DNA from: Clostridia bacterium
GTDB taxonomy: Bacteria; Bacillota; Clostridia; Oscillospirales; CAG-272
DNA length: 64,000 nucleotides
Assembly: GCA_017456545.1 (NCBI GenBank)
Contig: JAFTJE010000030.1
Coordinates: 2,066 to 66,065, forward strand
Direction: 5' to 3'
The notes under the pieces are model-generated. The model was given only the letters and a program-made list of their open reading frames with translations. It was not told where the DNA came from and searched no databases. Below are positions 19,334-30,010 of the stretch, one piece after another. Position 1 is the stretch's first letter. The number at the start of each line of letters is the position of its first letter. Both the position numbers and the translations under genes were made by a program.

Positions 19334-21664
19334 TTAAGCATTAAACCATGAGCTGGAATCCATACCGAATATATTAGCTACAGCATCAAGCTTTCCCTTA
19401 AGAGCCTCATCCTCTGCAGAGTCGCCTGTTGCGTTATTCTGATAATAATTCTTAATAGCCTCCTCAGCCTCGGTTTTATCACTGTCACTCATAGTGTCTG
19501 CAATTCCGAAGGGGTCCTCAACCTTTTCGTTATTTTCACCCTTACCTGCACCTACAATGGCATCAGATACAATTGTAGAGGAAACGATGGTATCAATCAA
19601 ATCGTCAGCTTCTACACCTGTAATGGATTCTCCCTCTGCTCCAAAGAAGCTGTCAGTAGGCTCTCCACTACCGGTAGCAGATGCATCCTTCATAGTGTTA
19701 ACGATAGTTGTAATTGCATCTATTTCCTTCTCTAACTCCTCATCGGTCATATTTCCTGTTGCATTGGTCATACCGTCAATTACAGAGCTGATTGTGTTGG
19801 ACATTGTATCAGCCTCTTCGCCGGACATACCAAAGTCCTCAAGAATATCTGAGGAAATAGCACCCTTCAGGGTTTCTGCTGTTTCGGGAGTCATTTCTGT
19901 TATCATAAACTTAAGAGCTTCTTCGTAGTTTTCCTCGGTAATGCCTTCGTCATTTAAGGAAATTGCCATAATTGCAAGCTTCTGTGCCGATACAAGAGCA
20001 TTTTCAAGCTTGAAGCTCTTGTCGGAAAGCTTATCTACGAAGTCATTTCCTAAGAATCCGAGCTCATCGGACATATCGGAATTAATCATTACCTTGAGCA
20101 AATACTCGCAGGAATCTCCAAGCAATACGCTTCCTCTCAGCATATCTATGGATGCACCGAGAGATGCAAGATCTGCATTGAGAATAAATGCATTGGGATC
20201 ATTAGGATCAAGATTTTCTGTAGATTCTGCAAAATCTACAAACTTTTCTATCACATTGGCAAAAATCTTCGCATCGTTTCTGATGTCTGCCTCTGTGATG
20301 GTGCTCATATCAACATGACCGGGCTTGGGAGTGGTATCACCCTCAGCTGCAATATTGTCAGCTACGATATCAACTATTAAATCGGATACATGGCCGATAA
20401 TAGGTCTTGTTCTCTCATTTTTATAAACCTCTGTAAGAATTGCGGAAAGGAGCTCCTCGTTTGTTGCAAGTACAATGGGATCGGGATTCTCCTTAGCAAG
20501 CTCAACAAATACGCCCTCGTCAATACATGTTGTAAGAAGCTTGGAAATTGTACCTATATCATCCTTGATATTTTCGGAATCTGTGGTTGAGAGAGTTACA
20601 AGCAATTCATCAAAGAGTGCCTGATAATCCTCTCCAACATCTATTTTCTCAACTCCGAATACATCCTCACCGTTCGACCATTTTTCGGAAACATAGGATA
20701 CTACCTCAGAAACAGTGAAGGTAAGAAATTCTGACTCGCTGAGCATGGTTTCAATATTTTCGATGCCCTGCTTCTGCTCGTCTCCGTAATTTTCGGGGTC
20801 CTCATTAATCAACGGAGCCATATTTGCATAAAGCTCTGCGAATGTGGTAACCTCCTCAGCTCCCGAAATCTTAACACCCTCTATATTCTTTGTAGCAAGA
20901 GAGTTGAATATAAGTCTGCCACCACAAGTGTTTACACCCTTAATAACAGGATTATTTATAATTGCATCAATTTCGGGAGAAATGATGCTGTCATCCTCAT
21001 CCTCCACAGTCGAACCACTGTTAAGCAGTCCTATATCTCCCTTTCCACCTCCGACATCGGAGTTAACTCCGGATGCAGAGCCATCAAGGGAAACAGAATC
21101 AATGGTAACTGCAATATCGCCTACCATTCCTACATAGCCAAATACGGGAATAAGAATAACTACTATAAACAAAGCGTTTCTTATACCGCCTACAAGACCG
21201 CCAAGAAGTCGGCTTCCTCCTCTGTACTCGGGACCTCCGTTTTTGCCGACTACTATTCTTTCGATAATAAGCTTGGGAATCTTAATGAGTATACCGAAAA
21301 GAATGTAAACGGGGATAAATACTATAGGTGTCAGAAGTGCTGCGGGAAGTGCCAGAAGAACATTAATCATTGCCGGGTCACCGGAAAGCTGATTTATATA
21401 TTCGAGGACACTGTCTACTGTGGAAGCCATATCGGGAACCTTATCCTTCAATGTAATAAGGGTCTCCTTTAAGTATTCCACATCAGCAAGCTTGTTTGTG
21501 AGTGCCTTTGAAATTATGATAGATACAATAACGGATAGGACGACAAAGCCTATATCCATTAAGGATTTGTAAAAGCCCTTGCGTAAGCCTCGTAAAAAAC
21601 CGAACAGGAATAATACGCCAACGACTGCAAGAAAGCCTATTGTAATAATAGAACTAAAATCCAT
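19334..21664 (-). CDS. Large membrane protein: CvpA-like N-terminal TM region plus a ~550-aa acidic helical domain
   Basis: N-terminus MDFSSIITIGFLAVVGVLFLFGFLRGLRKGF resembles the CvpA family. About 4 TM helices, then a D/E-rich region with no motif I recognise. Confidence 0.45.
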   Translation of the reverse strand: MDFSSIITIGFLAVVGVLFLFGFLRGLRKGFYKSLMDIGFVVLSVIVSIIISKALTNKLADVEYLKETLITLKDKVPDMASTVDSVLEYINQLSGDPAMINVLLALPAALLTPIVFIPVYILFGILIKIPKLIIERIVVGKNGGPEYRGGSRLLGGLVGGIRNALFIVVILIPVFGYVGMVGDIAVTIDSVSLDGSASGVNSDVGGGKGDIGLLNSGSTVEDEDDSIISPEIDAIINNPVIKGVNTCGGRLIFNSLATKNIEGVKISGAEEVTTFAELYANMAPLINEDPENYGDEQKQGIENIETMLSESEFLTFTVSEVVSYVSEKWSNGEDVFGVEKIDVGEDYQALFDELLVTLSTTDSENIKDDIGTISKLLTTCIDEGVFVELAKENPDPIVLATNEELLSAILTEVYKNERTRPIIGHVSDLIVDIVADNIAAEGDTTPKPGHVDMSTITEADIRNDAKIFANVIEKFVDFAESTENLDPNDPNAFILNADLASLGASIDMLRGSVLLGDSCEYLLKVMINSDMSDELGFLGNDFVDKLSDKSFKLENALVSAQKLAIMAISLNDEGITEENYEEALKFMITEMTPETAETLKGAISSDILEDFGMSGEEADTMSNTISSVIDGMTNATGNMTDEELEKEIDAITTIVNTMKDASATGSGEPTDSFFGAEGESITGVEADDLIDTIVSSTIVSDAIVGAGKGENNEKVEDPFGIADTMSDSDKTEAEEAIKNYYQNNATGDSAEDEALKGKLDAVANIFGMDSSSWFNA

Positions 21665-21700
21665 ACTAATCTCCTTTTCTAAAATTTTAATAATGCGAGT

Positions 21701-23377
21701 TTAATCAATAATATTAATCCTTGCCTCAAACACATATGTATCTGTCGGCAATGTGTAATCTATGCAATAGATTTTTTCTGTTCCACTTGATGTGTGAAGA
21801 GGAGCATCAACCACGGATATTACGGGAGAAATATCATCCTTAGGTGTAAGGCTTACTCCGGATATAACAACAGTATTTCCGTTAACCTCGGGCACCTCTC
21901 GGCTTACAAATCTCTCGGTAATAGGGGTACCCTTATCAGCATCGTATTTATCGATAAGAGTTATTTCCTTTTCCTCAAGAACAAAGCTTCTTTCTATTTT
22001 TCTCACATAATCAAGTCCGTATGCATTCGCAAACTCGTATGAAGCAGTTTTTGAATTTTCATCGTAGTCGATTATTACTCTTTCTCTCTTCTCACCATCC
22101 TGAGGCTGTGTTCCGAAATACGGAACATTGTGAGACCAGGATGAGGGGTGGAAGAAGGTATATCTTTCGGCACCGTGATAACCATTTGAATAATCGCCTG
22201 AGCCAAGATCCACAAATATCTGCTTGTTCTTGTGAGAGAGGATGAAGGAGCCTACATCATTATGATTATGGCTCTCACCGTTTGTACCACCCTTAAGAGC
22301 TATACCGTAATGCTCTCCTCTTTTTATAAACCAGCCTGTATCTTTGAGATTGTATATCACAGGCTTAAGCTTATCGTCAGCAGTATATTCCTTCTTGTAA
22401 TACAAAATGCTTCTGATTGCGAAAGCAAAATGCTGATATGCCATTATAGTTCCCTGTTCGGAGGGGAGCTTATCAATATCCTCTCCGTAAACAGAACGAA
22501 GAAGATGTGGGAGTCCGAGCCAATATCCCTCCTTAAGGTTACAGTCACTGAAGGTAACCATAGTATTTGTATCCATAAATGTCTTCTGCACAAATTCTGC
22601 AATAGCCTTAACCTTAGGAAGCCTGAAGAGGTCATCCTCACCGTTTGTAAACTCCTTAAGCATAGATGCATAAATAGCAAAGAAGCCAAAGCCAAAGCCC
22701 CAGTATGCAGTACCCTCAACACATACACCGTCATCGGCATAAGGTGCAAGATAGCAATCAACACTCCTTCTTAAACGGTCCTTATTTGCCATAAATACAT
22801 CGGGAGCCTCATACATAAGGGTGCATCCCACAGCTCCTGTGCACACAGCATTCCAGTTGTTATCATGTTTTTCCCAGAAAAACCTTTTATTGATATAAGG
22901 GTCGATAATTCTGCGTCTTACCTGGTCGCTGATTCTATCCTTGATAAGCTGAGGGAGTCTGTCAGAGAGCAAATATTTGATTTCCGAGAGGGAAAATCCG
23001 ATTGAGGCAGCATATATGTCCACAAGTGCGGGATCATATTCCTCGGGTGTTGTGTTGTAGTAGCTGTTGTGGTGATTGAGATGTGACCAGGAGTATTCAC
23101 CGCACATTACCCAGATTATGTCAACGAGATTGTTAAAATATTCATCGTTATCATAATAAATCATTGACAAAATTGCAGAGGACTGAAGCTGAAAGAGCTG
23201 TCTGTACCAGAGCATCCTGTCCTCTCCTCTACCAAAATATGCATCGTAGCTGATATGACGGGGCTTTTCTTCAAACGCCCAATCATATTTTTCCTTTATT
23301 TCTCTGCGATGCCTTGCAAACTCATCGCTTTCACGCACATGGTCCCAAAATTTTTTATCCTTAGCAAAATCAAGCAT
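21701..23377 (-). CDS. Heparinase II/III-like domain protein, no signal peptide visible
   Basis: GESHNHNDVGSF matches the H-x-H-x-D-x-x-SF signature of the Hepar_II_III family. 36-nt gap to the downstream membrane protein gene. Confidence 0.55.
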   Translation of the reverse strand: MLDFAKDKKFWDHVRESDEFARHRREIKEKYDWAFEEKPRHISYDAYFGRGEDRMLWYRQLFQLQSSAILSMIYYDNDEYFNNLVDIIWVMCGEYSWSHLNHHNSYYNTTPEEYDPALVDIYAASIGFSLSEIKYLLSDRLPQLIKDRISDQVRRRIIDPYINKRFFWEKHDNNWNAVCTGAVGCTLMYEAPDVFMANKDRLRRSVDCYLAPYADDGVCVEGTAYWGFGFGFFAIYASMLKEFTNGEDDLFRLPKVKAIAEFVQKTFMDTNTMVTFSDCNLKEGYWLGLPHLLRSVYGEDIDKLPSEQGTIMAYQHFAFAIRSILYYKKEYTADDKLKPVIYNLKDTGWFIKRGEHYGIALKGGTNGESHNHNDVGSFILSHKNKQIFVDLGSGDYSNGYHGAERYTFFHPSSWSHNVPYFGTQPQDGEKRERVIIDYDENSKTASYEFANAYGLDYVRKIERSFVLEEKEITLIDKYDADKGTPITERFVSREVPEVNGNTVVISGVSLTPKDDISPVISVVDAPLHTSSGTEKIYCIDYTLPTDTYVFEARINIID

Positions 23378-23660
23378 AATAATTCCTCCAATGGAAAACT
23401 CTATTCATTATAATTGTACCACACAAAAAAAGCTAAATCAATATTATATGTAAAATTTTATATAAAAAACTAAAATATGCATGTCAAACCTTATTCCGGC
23501 GTATCACTGTATAAAGAACCGATACAATGCTTGACCTTGTATCATAATCCCTATGTAAAAAAAATACAGCAAAACAATTTAGTTGTCAAATCAGTATAAA
23601 TCTCCTTGTTTTGCAGATAATAACTGTACAAATTTGTAAAACGAGGAGATTTTTTAATAT

Positions 23661-24203
23661 ATGAAAGCCACAGGAATTGTAAGAAGAATAGATGATCTTG
23701 GCAGAGTGGTTATCCCCAAGGAAATACGCAGAGTATTTCGTATACGGGAGGGAGATGCTCTTGAAATATTTACAAGCCGAGACGGTGAGGTGATATTCAA
23801 AAAATACTCGCCCATCGGAGAAATGACATCATTTGCAACTCAATATGTGGAGACACTGCACAAAATTTGTCAGATGTCCGTAATAATTACAGACAGGGAC
23901 AGTGTAATAGCCTGTGCCGGTGTATCAAGAAAGGAATATCTTGAAAAAAAGCTTACCGAGGATTTTGATACGATTATGGACAGCCGTTCTCTGTTTTCAT
24001 CGTCAAACGACGGAAAAACCGTGTCTGTAGTTGACGGTGCCACAGGATATGTAAAATACGCTATGCCGATTATTACCGACGGTGATGTAGTGGGATGTAT
24101 AGCATCACTTGTTGTAGACGGAGATAGCCGTGTAACGGACGGAACAGAGGCAAAGCTTATCCAGACGGCTGCTTCTTTTTTAGGCAAGCAATTCGAGGGC
24201 TGA
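23661..24203 (+). CDS. spoVT: Stage V sporulation protein T (AbrB-type N-domain plus GAF-like C-domain)
   Basis: MKATGIVRRIDDLGRVVIPKEIRR SpoVT/AbrB swapped-hairpin motif; 180 aa. Confidence 0.9.
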   Translation: MKATGIVRRIDDLGRVVIPKEIRRVFRIREGDALEIFTSRDGEVIFKKYSPIGEMTSFATQYVETLHKICQMSVIITDRDSVIACAGVSRKEYLEKKLTEDFDTIMDSRSLFSSSNDGKTVSVVDGATGYVKYAMPIITDGDVVGCIASLVVDGDSRVTDGTEAKLIQTAASFLGKQFEG

Positions 24204-24282
24204 TATCCTTATGAAATAAAAAGGTAGAATATAGAATTATCATAAAAGCCTTACCCTGTGTCAATAATTCTAAGTAATACGC

Positions 24283-24314
24283 AAAAAAACCGACAGAAAA
24301 AGGTCGGTTTTTTG
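24283..24314. terminator. Bidirectional terminator between spoVT and the amidase gene
   Basis: A7, stem ACCGAC / GTCGGT, T6. Confidence 0.75.
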
Positions 24315-24342
24315 TGTATTATATATTGAATTAGTCTTAACT

Positions 24343-24909
24343 TTATGATAAACTTAAATAGTCAAGTATTCCCTCGTATATTCCCTGAGCAAATAGTTCG
24401 GGATCATTTGCCATAAGATTGGCATCACGGGGGTTTGAAATAAATCCCAATTCCACAAGGACTGCCGGCATATTGGTTTTTCTTAGTACATACAGTCCCG
24501 GGCGTAGCTTTATACCTCTGTTCCGGAGTCCTGTATTCTCTACTATCCTCCTTACAATATCCTCTCCCAGCTCGGATGCTACCGACGGTGCAGAATATAC
24601 AAGTGCCTCTGTGCCGTTTACATTAGAGGATGTGGAGGCATTTGTGTGTATGCTGATAAAGTAATCGGCACCCCATGAATTGGCTTCATCCACTCTGATA
24701 CGCAGGCTTGATGAATTTGAATTTCCAAGCTGTGTGGTTGGTGTAGGTCTTGACAGACGGGTCTCGAAATTACCGTTGGAGTTTAGCAGGTTGGCAAGTA
24801 TTCTGCCCACCTCATATGTAATATCCTGCTCTCTGTACCCGTTTCCCTCTGCTCCGGAATTGGGGCTCTCGGGATTATGTCCTTGGTCAATATAAATTTT
24901 AATAGCCAT
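24343..24909 (-). CDS. N-acetylmuramoyl-L-alanine amidase (Amidase_3), catalytic domain only
   Basis: IYIDQGHN..GA, SIHTNA, ELGFISN motifs; 188 aa; no signal peptide or wall-binding repeats. Confidence 0.8.
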   Translation of the reverse strand: MAIKIYIDQGHNPESPNSGAEGNGYREQDITYEVGRILANLLNSNGNFETRLSRPTPTTQLGNSNSSSLRIRVDEANSWGADYFISIHTNASTSSNVNGTEALVYSAPSVASELGEDIVRRIVENTGLRNRGIKLRPGLYVLRKTNMPAVLVELGFISNPRDANLMANDPELFAQGIYEGILDYLSLS

Positions 24910-24962
24910 AATTACTCCCCTTTCTTTTTATATATTATGATATTTTTCCAAAGAGGTTAATA

Positions 24963-25739
24963 ATGAAGGAATTTAAGGATATCCAAAGAATTTTAAGCCA
25001 TGTAAGAAAAGCCGTTGAAGAATACTCTATGATAGAGGACGGTGACAAAATTGCCGTCGGAATCTCGGGAGGTAAGGACTCCCTTACCCTGCTCTGTGCC
25101 CTTGCACATCTTCGAATTTTCTTAAAAAAGGATTTTACAATAGTTGCGGTTACTATTGATATGGGCTTTGACGGGGCCGATTTTTCTGCCATTGCAGAGC
25201 TATGCCGTGAATTAGAGGTGGAATACAAGGTGATATCCACCCAGATATACGAAATTATATTCAATGTGAGAAAAGAGAAAAATCCCTGCTCCCTGTGTGC
25301 GAGAATGAGGCGTGGAGCTCTTCACGATGCTTCAAAGGAGCTTGGATGCAATAAAATTGCCCTGGGGCACCATTTTGACGATGTGGCAGAAACCTTTATG
25401 CTTAATCTTTTCTTTGAGGGACGCATAGGAGCATTCTCACCTGTTACATATCTTTCCAGAAAGGACCTGACTCTTATAAGACCCCTTATATACACCCGTG
25501 AAAAGGAAATTAAATCCTTTACAAACAAGGAGCTTTTGCCCGTTACAAAAAGCCCCTGCCCTGCCGATGGACACACAGAAAGGGCAAGGATGAAGGACTA
25601 TCTTGCAATATTTGACAAGGAGCACCCGGGGCTTTATAACCGAATTGTAGGAGCTATTCAGCGTGGGGAGATTGACGGCTTCCATGAGGATAGAATCGAC
25701 CAGGCAGAAAAGCTGAGAAGAAAAAACGCAAATCAATAA
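24963..25739 (+). CDS. PP-loop ATPase, TtcA-family tRNA thiolation enzyme
   Basis: SGGKDS PP-loop, CSLCARMRRG, and a second Cys pair (SPCP). Confidence 0.7.
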   Translation: MKEFKDIQRILSHVRKAVEEYSMIEDGDKIAVGISGGKDSLTLLCALAHLRIFLKKDFTIVAVTIDMGFDGADFSAIAELCRELEVEYKVISTQIYEIIFNVRKEKNPCSLCARMRRGALHDASKELGCNKIALGHHFDDVAETFMLNLFFEGRIGAFSPVTYLSRKDLTLIRPLIYTREKEIKSFTNKELLPVTKSPCPADGHTERARMKDYLAIFDKEHPGLYNRIVGAIQRGEIDGFHEDRIDQAEKLRRKNANQ

Positions 25740-25775
25740 ATTAAAAGGATGGAGTAAGCTCTCCATCCTTTTTTA

Positions 25776-27887
25776 TTATTTTGTTTTGGGTGTTGTATTC
25801 CAGTAAAGGCGTCTGCGTCTTACCTTACGGACATAACAGAATACGATAAAGCCTACTATACCGAGGGCAATAACTCCACTTACAATGTAAATTCCGCCGT
25901 TAAAGGATGATGAATCAACCTTCAATTCCTCCCATAGTCTGTTAAGCAATGCAAGCTTGTCAGTGGGAAGATTTCTGTATGCATACTTAGAGAACAAGAT
26001 ATCTATATTATCCTCAATATCGGGGTCATAGATAACATCATAGTCCTCACCGAGGTATTCAATATAATCGGGATTTTCCGTTACCAAAGTATTGGGACAG
26101 CCATAATAGATATACTCAGCATTGGCAATAGCAGGCTCCTCGGAGAGCATAAAATTGATATAAGCCTCTGCGTGCTTTTTATTCTCCTCGCTTACGCCTG
26201 TGGGGATACACATAGCATCTGCAAAGATATTGGTAGCAAACTCTCCGTCACTGTTTTTAGGGTAATAGAAGGCAAGATTCTCGTTATTGTAAATCATAGA
26301 GAGTGCGTCGCCTGCATAATATGCACCTATCCACGCCTCCTCGGACTCCAGCTTGTTATACACCTCATCCATTACATAGCTCTGTACAAGTGGCTTTTGT
26401 CTTTTCAGCTCGTTAAGAGCATTTCTCCACTCTAACTCGGTAGCCGTATTAACATTAATTCCCTCCTTGTACATAGCAGAGCCGAAGGCATCACGGGCGT
26501 TATTAAACTGAAGGATATGCCCACTGTACTTCTCGTTCCAGAGCAAATCCCATCCACCGATATCCTCCTCGTCCACATACTCTGTATTGTATATAATTCC
26601 AACTATACCGTAGGTATACATTACGGAATACGTTTCCTCACCGTTGTCGTAGAAGGGCTTTTTGAAATCGTCCTTGATATACTTGTAATTGGGAATGTTA
26701 TTAAGGTCAAGGGGCTGTACAAGTCCCTCCTTAATAAGCCTTTCTACCATGTAGTCGGAAGGAACAATAACATCATACCCTCCCACTCCGCTTTTTATCT
26801 TGGCATACAGGTCCTCATTACTTGTATAGGTAGTATAATTTACCTGTACCTTTACCTTGTGTCCCCTCTCCTCGGAAAGCACCTTTGAATAGTAATCCTC
26901 AAATGCCTTATTGGAGTCAAAGGAGCCATCGCTTCCGTCTGAGATATATTCACCCCAGTTATACACATTTACAACAACGGTCTCCGTTGTGGCTGTGGAT
27001 ATAAGAACAGCACCTGTTATAATTGCAATAAGAGCAAAGGTAGCTGCAAAAACGATTCTTCTTCTCTTCTTCTGCTTAAGAGTAACAGGCTTCTTTTCCT
27101 TTACACCGGAGGAATTGCCTGTAAAATTGGATATTAACAAAAGAATAAGGATTGATAAGAATATAAGTGCCGACAAAGCGTACATATCCGGTGTTACACG
27201 CTTTTTAGTCATGGAATATATCCTTATCGGCAAGGTTTCAAAGCCACTGCCGATTGTAAAATAGCTGATTATAAAATCATCTATTGAAAGAGTAAATGCC
27301 ATAATAAAGCCGGATATAATACCGGAAATTATCTGGGGCATCTCTACCTTATAGAAAGACTGAAACGGAGTACATCCCAAATCGAGAGCAGCCTCGGGAA
27401 GATGTCTGTCCATCTGCTTGAATTTCGGCATTACGGAAAGCACCACATACGGTATATTGAATGTAACATGGGCTATAAGAACTGTACCGAAGCCTAAGGT
27501 GGTTGAGGAATTTATAAGTCTGCCCACAAAAACGAACAGAAGCATCATAGAAATACCTACAACAATCTCAGGGTTCATCATAGGAATATTATTGACTGTA
27601 AGCACCGTATTTTTTATGTGCTTATTCTTCATATGATGGATACCGTATGCCGCAAGAGTACCTATAACAGTCGCTATAACAGAAGAAAGTATAGCAAGGA
27701 TCAGGGTATTCCTTAACGCAAGAAGCGTTGCTCCGTCGCTGAACAGCTCCTTATACCATTTGAGGGAAAAGCCCGCAAAGGAGTTAGTGCTGTTTGACGA
27801 ATTGAAGGAAAACAGTATCAGTACCGCAATTGGCAGATACAGAAAAACGAATATAAGGGCGGTGTATATCTTATTTGATTTCTTCAT
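25776..27887 (-). CDS. Fused spermidine/putrescine ABC permease (PotC-like) and substrate-binding protein (PotD-like)
   Basis: N-terminal ~260 aa is a 6-TM permease with EAA loop (PEAALDLGCTPFQSF). Then an extra TM, a PotD-like domain (VNVYNWGEYI..), a final TM and an RKVRRRR tail. Confidence 0.8.
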   Translation of the reverse strand: MKKSNKIYTALIFVFLYLPIAVLILFSFNSSNSTNSFAGFSLKWYKELFSDGATLLALRNTLILAILSSVIATVIGTLAAYGIHHMKNKHIKNTVLTVNNIPMMNPEIVVGISMMLLFVFVGRLINSSTTLGFGTVLIAHVTFNIPYVVLSVMPKFKQMDRHLPEAALDLGCTPFQSFYKVEMPQIISGIISGFIMAFTLSIDDFIISYFTIGSGFETLPIRIYSMTKKRVTPDMYALSALIFLSILILLLISNFTGNSSGVKEKKPVTLKQKKRRRIVFAATFALIAIITGAVLISTATTETVVVNVYNWGEYISDGSDGSFDSNKAFEDYYSKVLSEERGHKVKVQVNYTTYTSNEDLYAKIKSGVGGYDVIVPSDYMVERLIKEGLVQPLDLNNIPNYKYIKDDFKKPFYDNGEETYSVMYTYGIVGIIYNTEYVDEEDIGGWDLLWNEKYSGHILQFNNARDAFGSAMYKEGINVNTATELEWRNALNELKRQKPLVQSYVMDEVYNKLESEEAWIGAYYAGDALSMIYNNENLAFYYPKNSDGEFATNIFADAMCIPTGVSEENKKHAEAYINFMLSEEPAIANAEYIYYGCPNTLVTENPDYIEYLGEDYDVIYDPDIEDNIDILFSKYAYRNLPTDKLALLNRLWEELKVDSSSFNGGIYIVSGVIALGIVGFIVFCYVRKVRRRRLYWNTTPKTK

Positions 27888-28711
27888 ATGATAACACCCC
27901 CATCATCATCGGCATACTTGTTCATAATTGTCATGCTTATGATAATCAAAAGCATAAGGACAAAGGACATAGAAGCACCGAGATTGTAATTGTACGCAGT
28001 CTGGAACTGCCTCTCAATGGTATCACCTATAAGGTCGAAGTTGCCTCCACCCAGCTTCTGTGAAATATAGAAGGTGCTGATAGAGGGTACAAATACCATT
28101 GTAATACCGGAAATAATACCGGGTATGCTTAGGGGGAATACCACCTTTGTAATAACGGTCAAGGGATTGGAGCCCAGATCTGCCGCAGCCTCCAAAAGTC
28201 TGCCATCCACCTTAGAGAGCACGGAATGGATGGGGATTATCATATACGGCAAATAGTTATATACCATACCTACAATAACCGCACCGGCTGTATTTATCAT
28301 ATGGACCGGTCCGATACCGAAAATGCCGAGGAAGGAATTAATTATACCCGTATCCTCCATAAGTGCCATCCATGAATATGTCCTTATAAGGAAGTTCATC
28401 CACATGGGAAGCATTATAAGCATTATAAGTATCTTCTGGGTCTTTGGCTTGGCTCTTGAAATAAAGTACGCTATGGGATATGCAATAACAAGGCATATTA
28501 CCGTTGCCAGAAAGGCAAAGCAAACAGAACGCATAAATATCTCAAGGTAGCTCGCCTGAAAGAGCTCTGTAAAATTACCAAAGGTAAAATTACCCTCCTT
28601 GTCCGTAAATGCATAATACATTACGAAAATAAGGGGAGCAACTATAAACAGAACCGACCATACGATATGAGGAGAAGCAGCCGCCTTCTGAATCAATGAC
28701 TTTTTGTTCAT
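27884..28711 (-). CDS. potB: Spermidine/putrescine ABC transporter permease PotB
   Basis: 6-TM permease with EAA loop LEAAADLGSNPLTV; 4-nt overlap with the downstream gene. Confidence 0.85.
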   Translation of the reverse strand: MNKKSLIQKAAASPHIVWSVLFIVAPLIFVMYYAFTDKEGNFTFGNFTELFQASYLEIFMRSVCFAFLATVICLVIAYPIAYFISRAKPKTQKILIMLIMLPMWMNFLIRTYSWMALMEDTGIINSFLGIFGIGPVHMINTAGAVIVGMVYNYLPYMIIPIHSVLSKVDGRLLEAAADLGSNPLTVITKVVFPLSIPGIISGITMVFVPSISTFYISQKLGGGNFDLIGDTIERQFQTAYNYNLGASMSFVLMLLIIISMTIMNKYADDDGGVII

Positions 28712-28716
28712 TCTGC

Positions 28717-29838
28717 TTATTCTTCCTCCTCGGTAACATCAGAAAGATGCTCCAGCTCGTCGCTGAAGGATGAATAGTCGCCAAACATACCGGAAAACTC
28801 GGATTTTTTCATAATATGAATAGCATCGGGCTCTACATATATACCGATTTTCTGTGCAGGGGCAACATAGTCGGTGGACTGAATCATCCACTTGAATTTA
28901 TTGATGGTAACTATTATCTCATAGTGAACGCCCTTGAAGGTAACAGAGTCAACGATACCGCTGAGCATTCCCTTCTCCACGGGGACAACATCCACATCCT
29001 CAGGTCTGACAACAACATCAACAGGCTCATTTTTACTAAAGCCCTTGTCAAGGCAGACAAATTCATGACCTGAAAATCTTACCTTAAAGTCATCAAGCAT
29101 TACGCCATCAATTATATTACTCTCACCGATAAAGTCAGCGACAAAGGCGTTCTCCGGCTCGTTGTAAATATCGGTAGGTGAGCCAATCTGCTGTATCTTA
29201 CCGTTTGCCATAACCACAACGGTATCGGACATACTGAGGGCCTCCTCCTGGTCGTGAGTTACATAAATAAATGTAATGCCTGTTTTTCTTTGTATATTTT
29301 TAAGCTCGTTTTGCATATCCTTACGAAGCTTAAGGTCCAAAGCACCAAGTGGCTCGTCAAGAAGCAAAACTCTCGGTTTATTTATCAAAGCTCTGGCTAT
29401 GGCAACTCTCTGCTGCTGACCGCCCGAAAGCAGGTTAACATCTCTCTTCTCAAATCCACGAAGGTTCACCATAGTAAGCATTTCTTCTACTCGTTCATAG
29501 ATTTCTTCTTCAGGTGTTTTCTTCAATCGAAGAGCAAAGGCAATATTCTCATATACATTAAGGTGTGGAAACAAGGCATATTTCTGGAATACCGTGTTTA
29601 CAGATCTTTTATACGGGGGAACCTCATTTATTTTCTCCCCATCAAACAAAAGCTCTCCGCAGTCGGGTGTTACAAAGCCCGCAATAATACGCAGGGTGGT
29701 AGTTTTACCGCATCCGGAGGGACCGAGAAGAGTCATAAATTCCTTCTCGTAAACCTTAAGGTCGATATTATCGAGTATCAATTCACCGTCAAAGGATTTT
29801 GACACTCCCTTAAGCTCAATGATCTTTTTTTCGTTCAT
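28717..29838 (-). CDS. potA: Spermidine/putrescine ABC transporter ATPase PotA
   Basis: Walker [10 protein letters not shown], signature LSGGQQQR, Walker B LLLDEP, TOBE-like C-terminus. Start taken at MNEKK (29838) after GGGGA. Confidence 0.9.
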   Translation of the reverse strand: MNEKKIIELKGVSKSFDGELILDNIDLKVYEKEFMTLLGPSGCGKTTTLRIIAGFVTPDCGELLFDGEKINEVPPYKRSVNTVFQKYALFPHLNVYENIAFALRLKKTPEEEIYERVEEMLTMVNLRGFEKRDVNLLSGGQQQRVAIARALINKPRVLLLDEPLGALDLKLRKDMQNELKNIQRKTGITFIYVTHDQEEALSMSDTVVVMANGKIQQIGSPTDIYNEPENAFVADFIGESNIIDGVMLDDFKVRFSGHEFVCLDKGFSKNEPVDVVVRPEDVDVVPVEKGMLSGIVDSVTFKGVHYEIIVTINKFKWMIQSTDYVAPAQKIGIYVEPDAIHIMKKSEFSGMFGDYSSFSDELEHLSDVTEEEE

Positions 29839-30010
29839 TTCTATCCCCGTTCTTTCATAGACTCGACTAACAATGACGAGAATCATCTTTAATCGCCAAA
29901 AACAGTTAATCAATTGCATTATAACAAATAATTATAAAATGTGCAATAGTTATAACAAATTTTTTTACAAGGAAACACCAAAATATTTAATCGTTTTTTG
30001 AAGCAAAGAC

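Noticed and set aside
23378-23660. Forespore (SigG/SigF-type) promoter for spoVT
   Set aside because: Several GTATA and CATAAT-like strings occur, but none has consensus spacing. I could not place the promoter with confidence.
28717-29919. Longer N-terminal extensions offered by the ORF track for potA. The same applies to dpaA (3666), metH (38378), adhE (43885), lacZ (54934), rpmA (49296), the LytTR regulator (33147), cpsC (59177) and cpsD (60003).
   Set aside because: In each case an internal ATG or GTG with a proper SD gives an N-terminus matching the family, while the upstream extension overlaps the neighbouring gene or the promoter.
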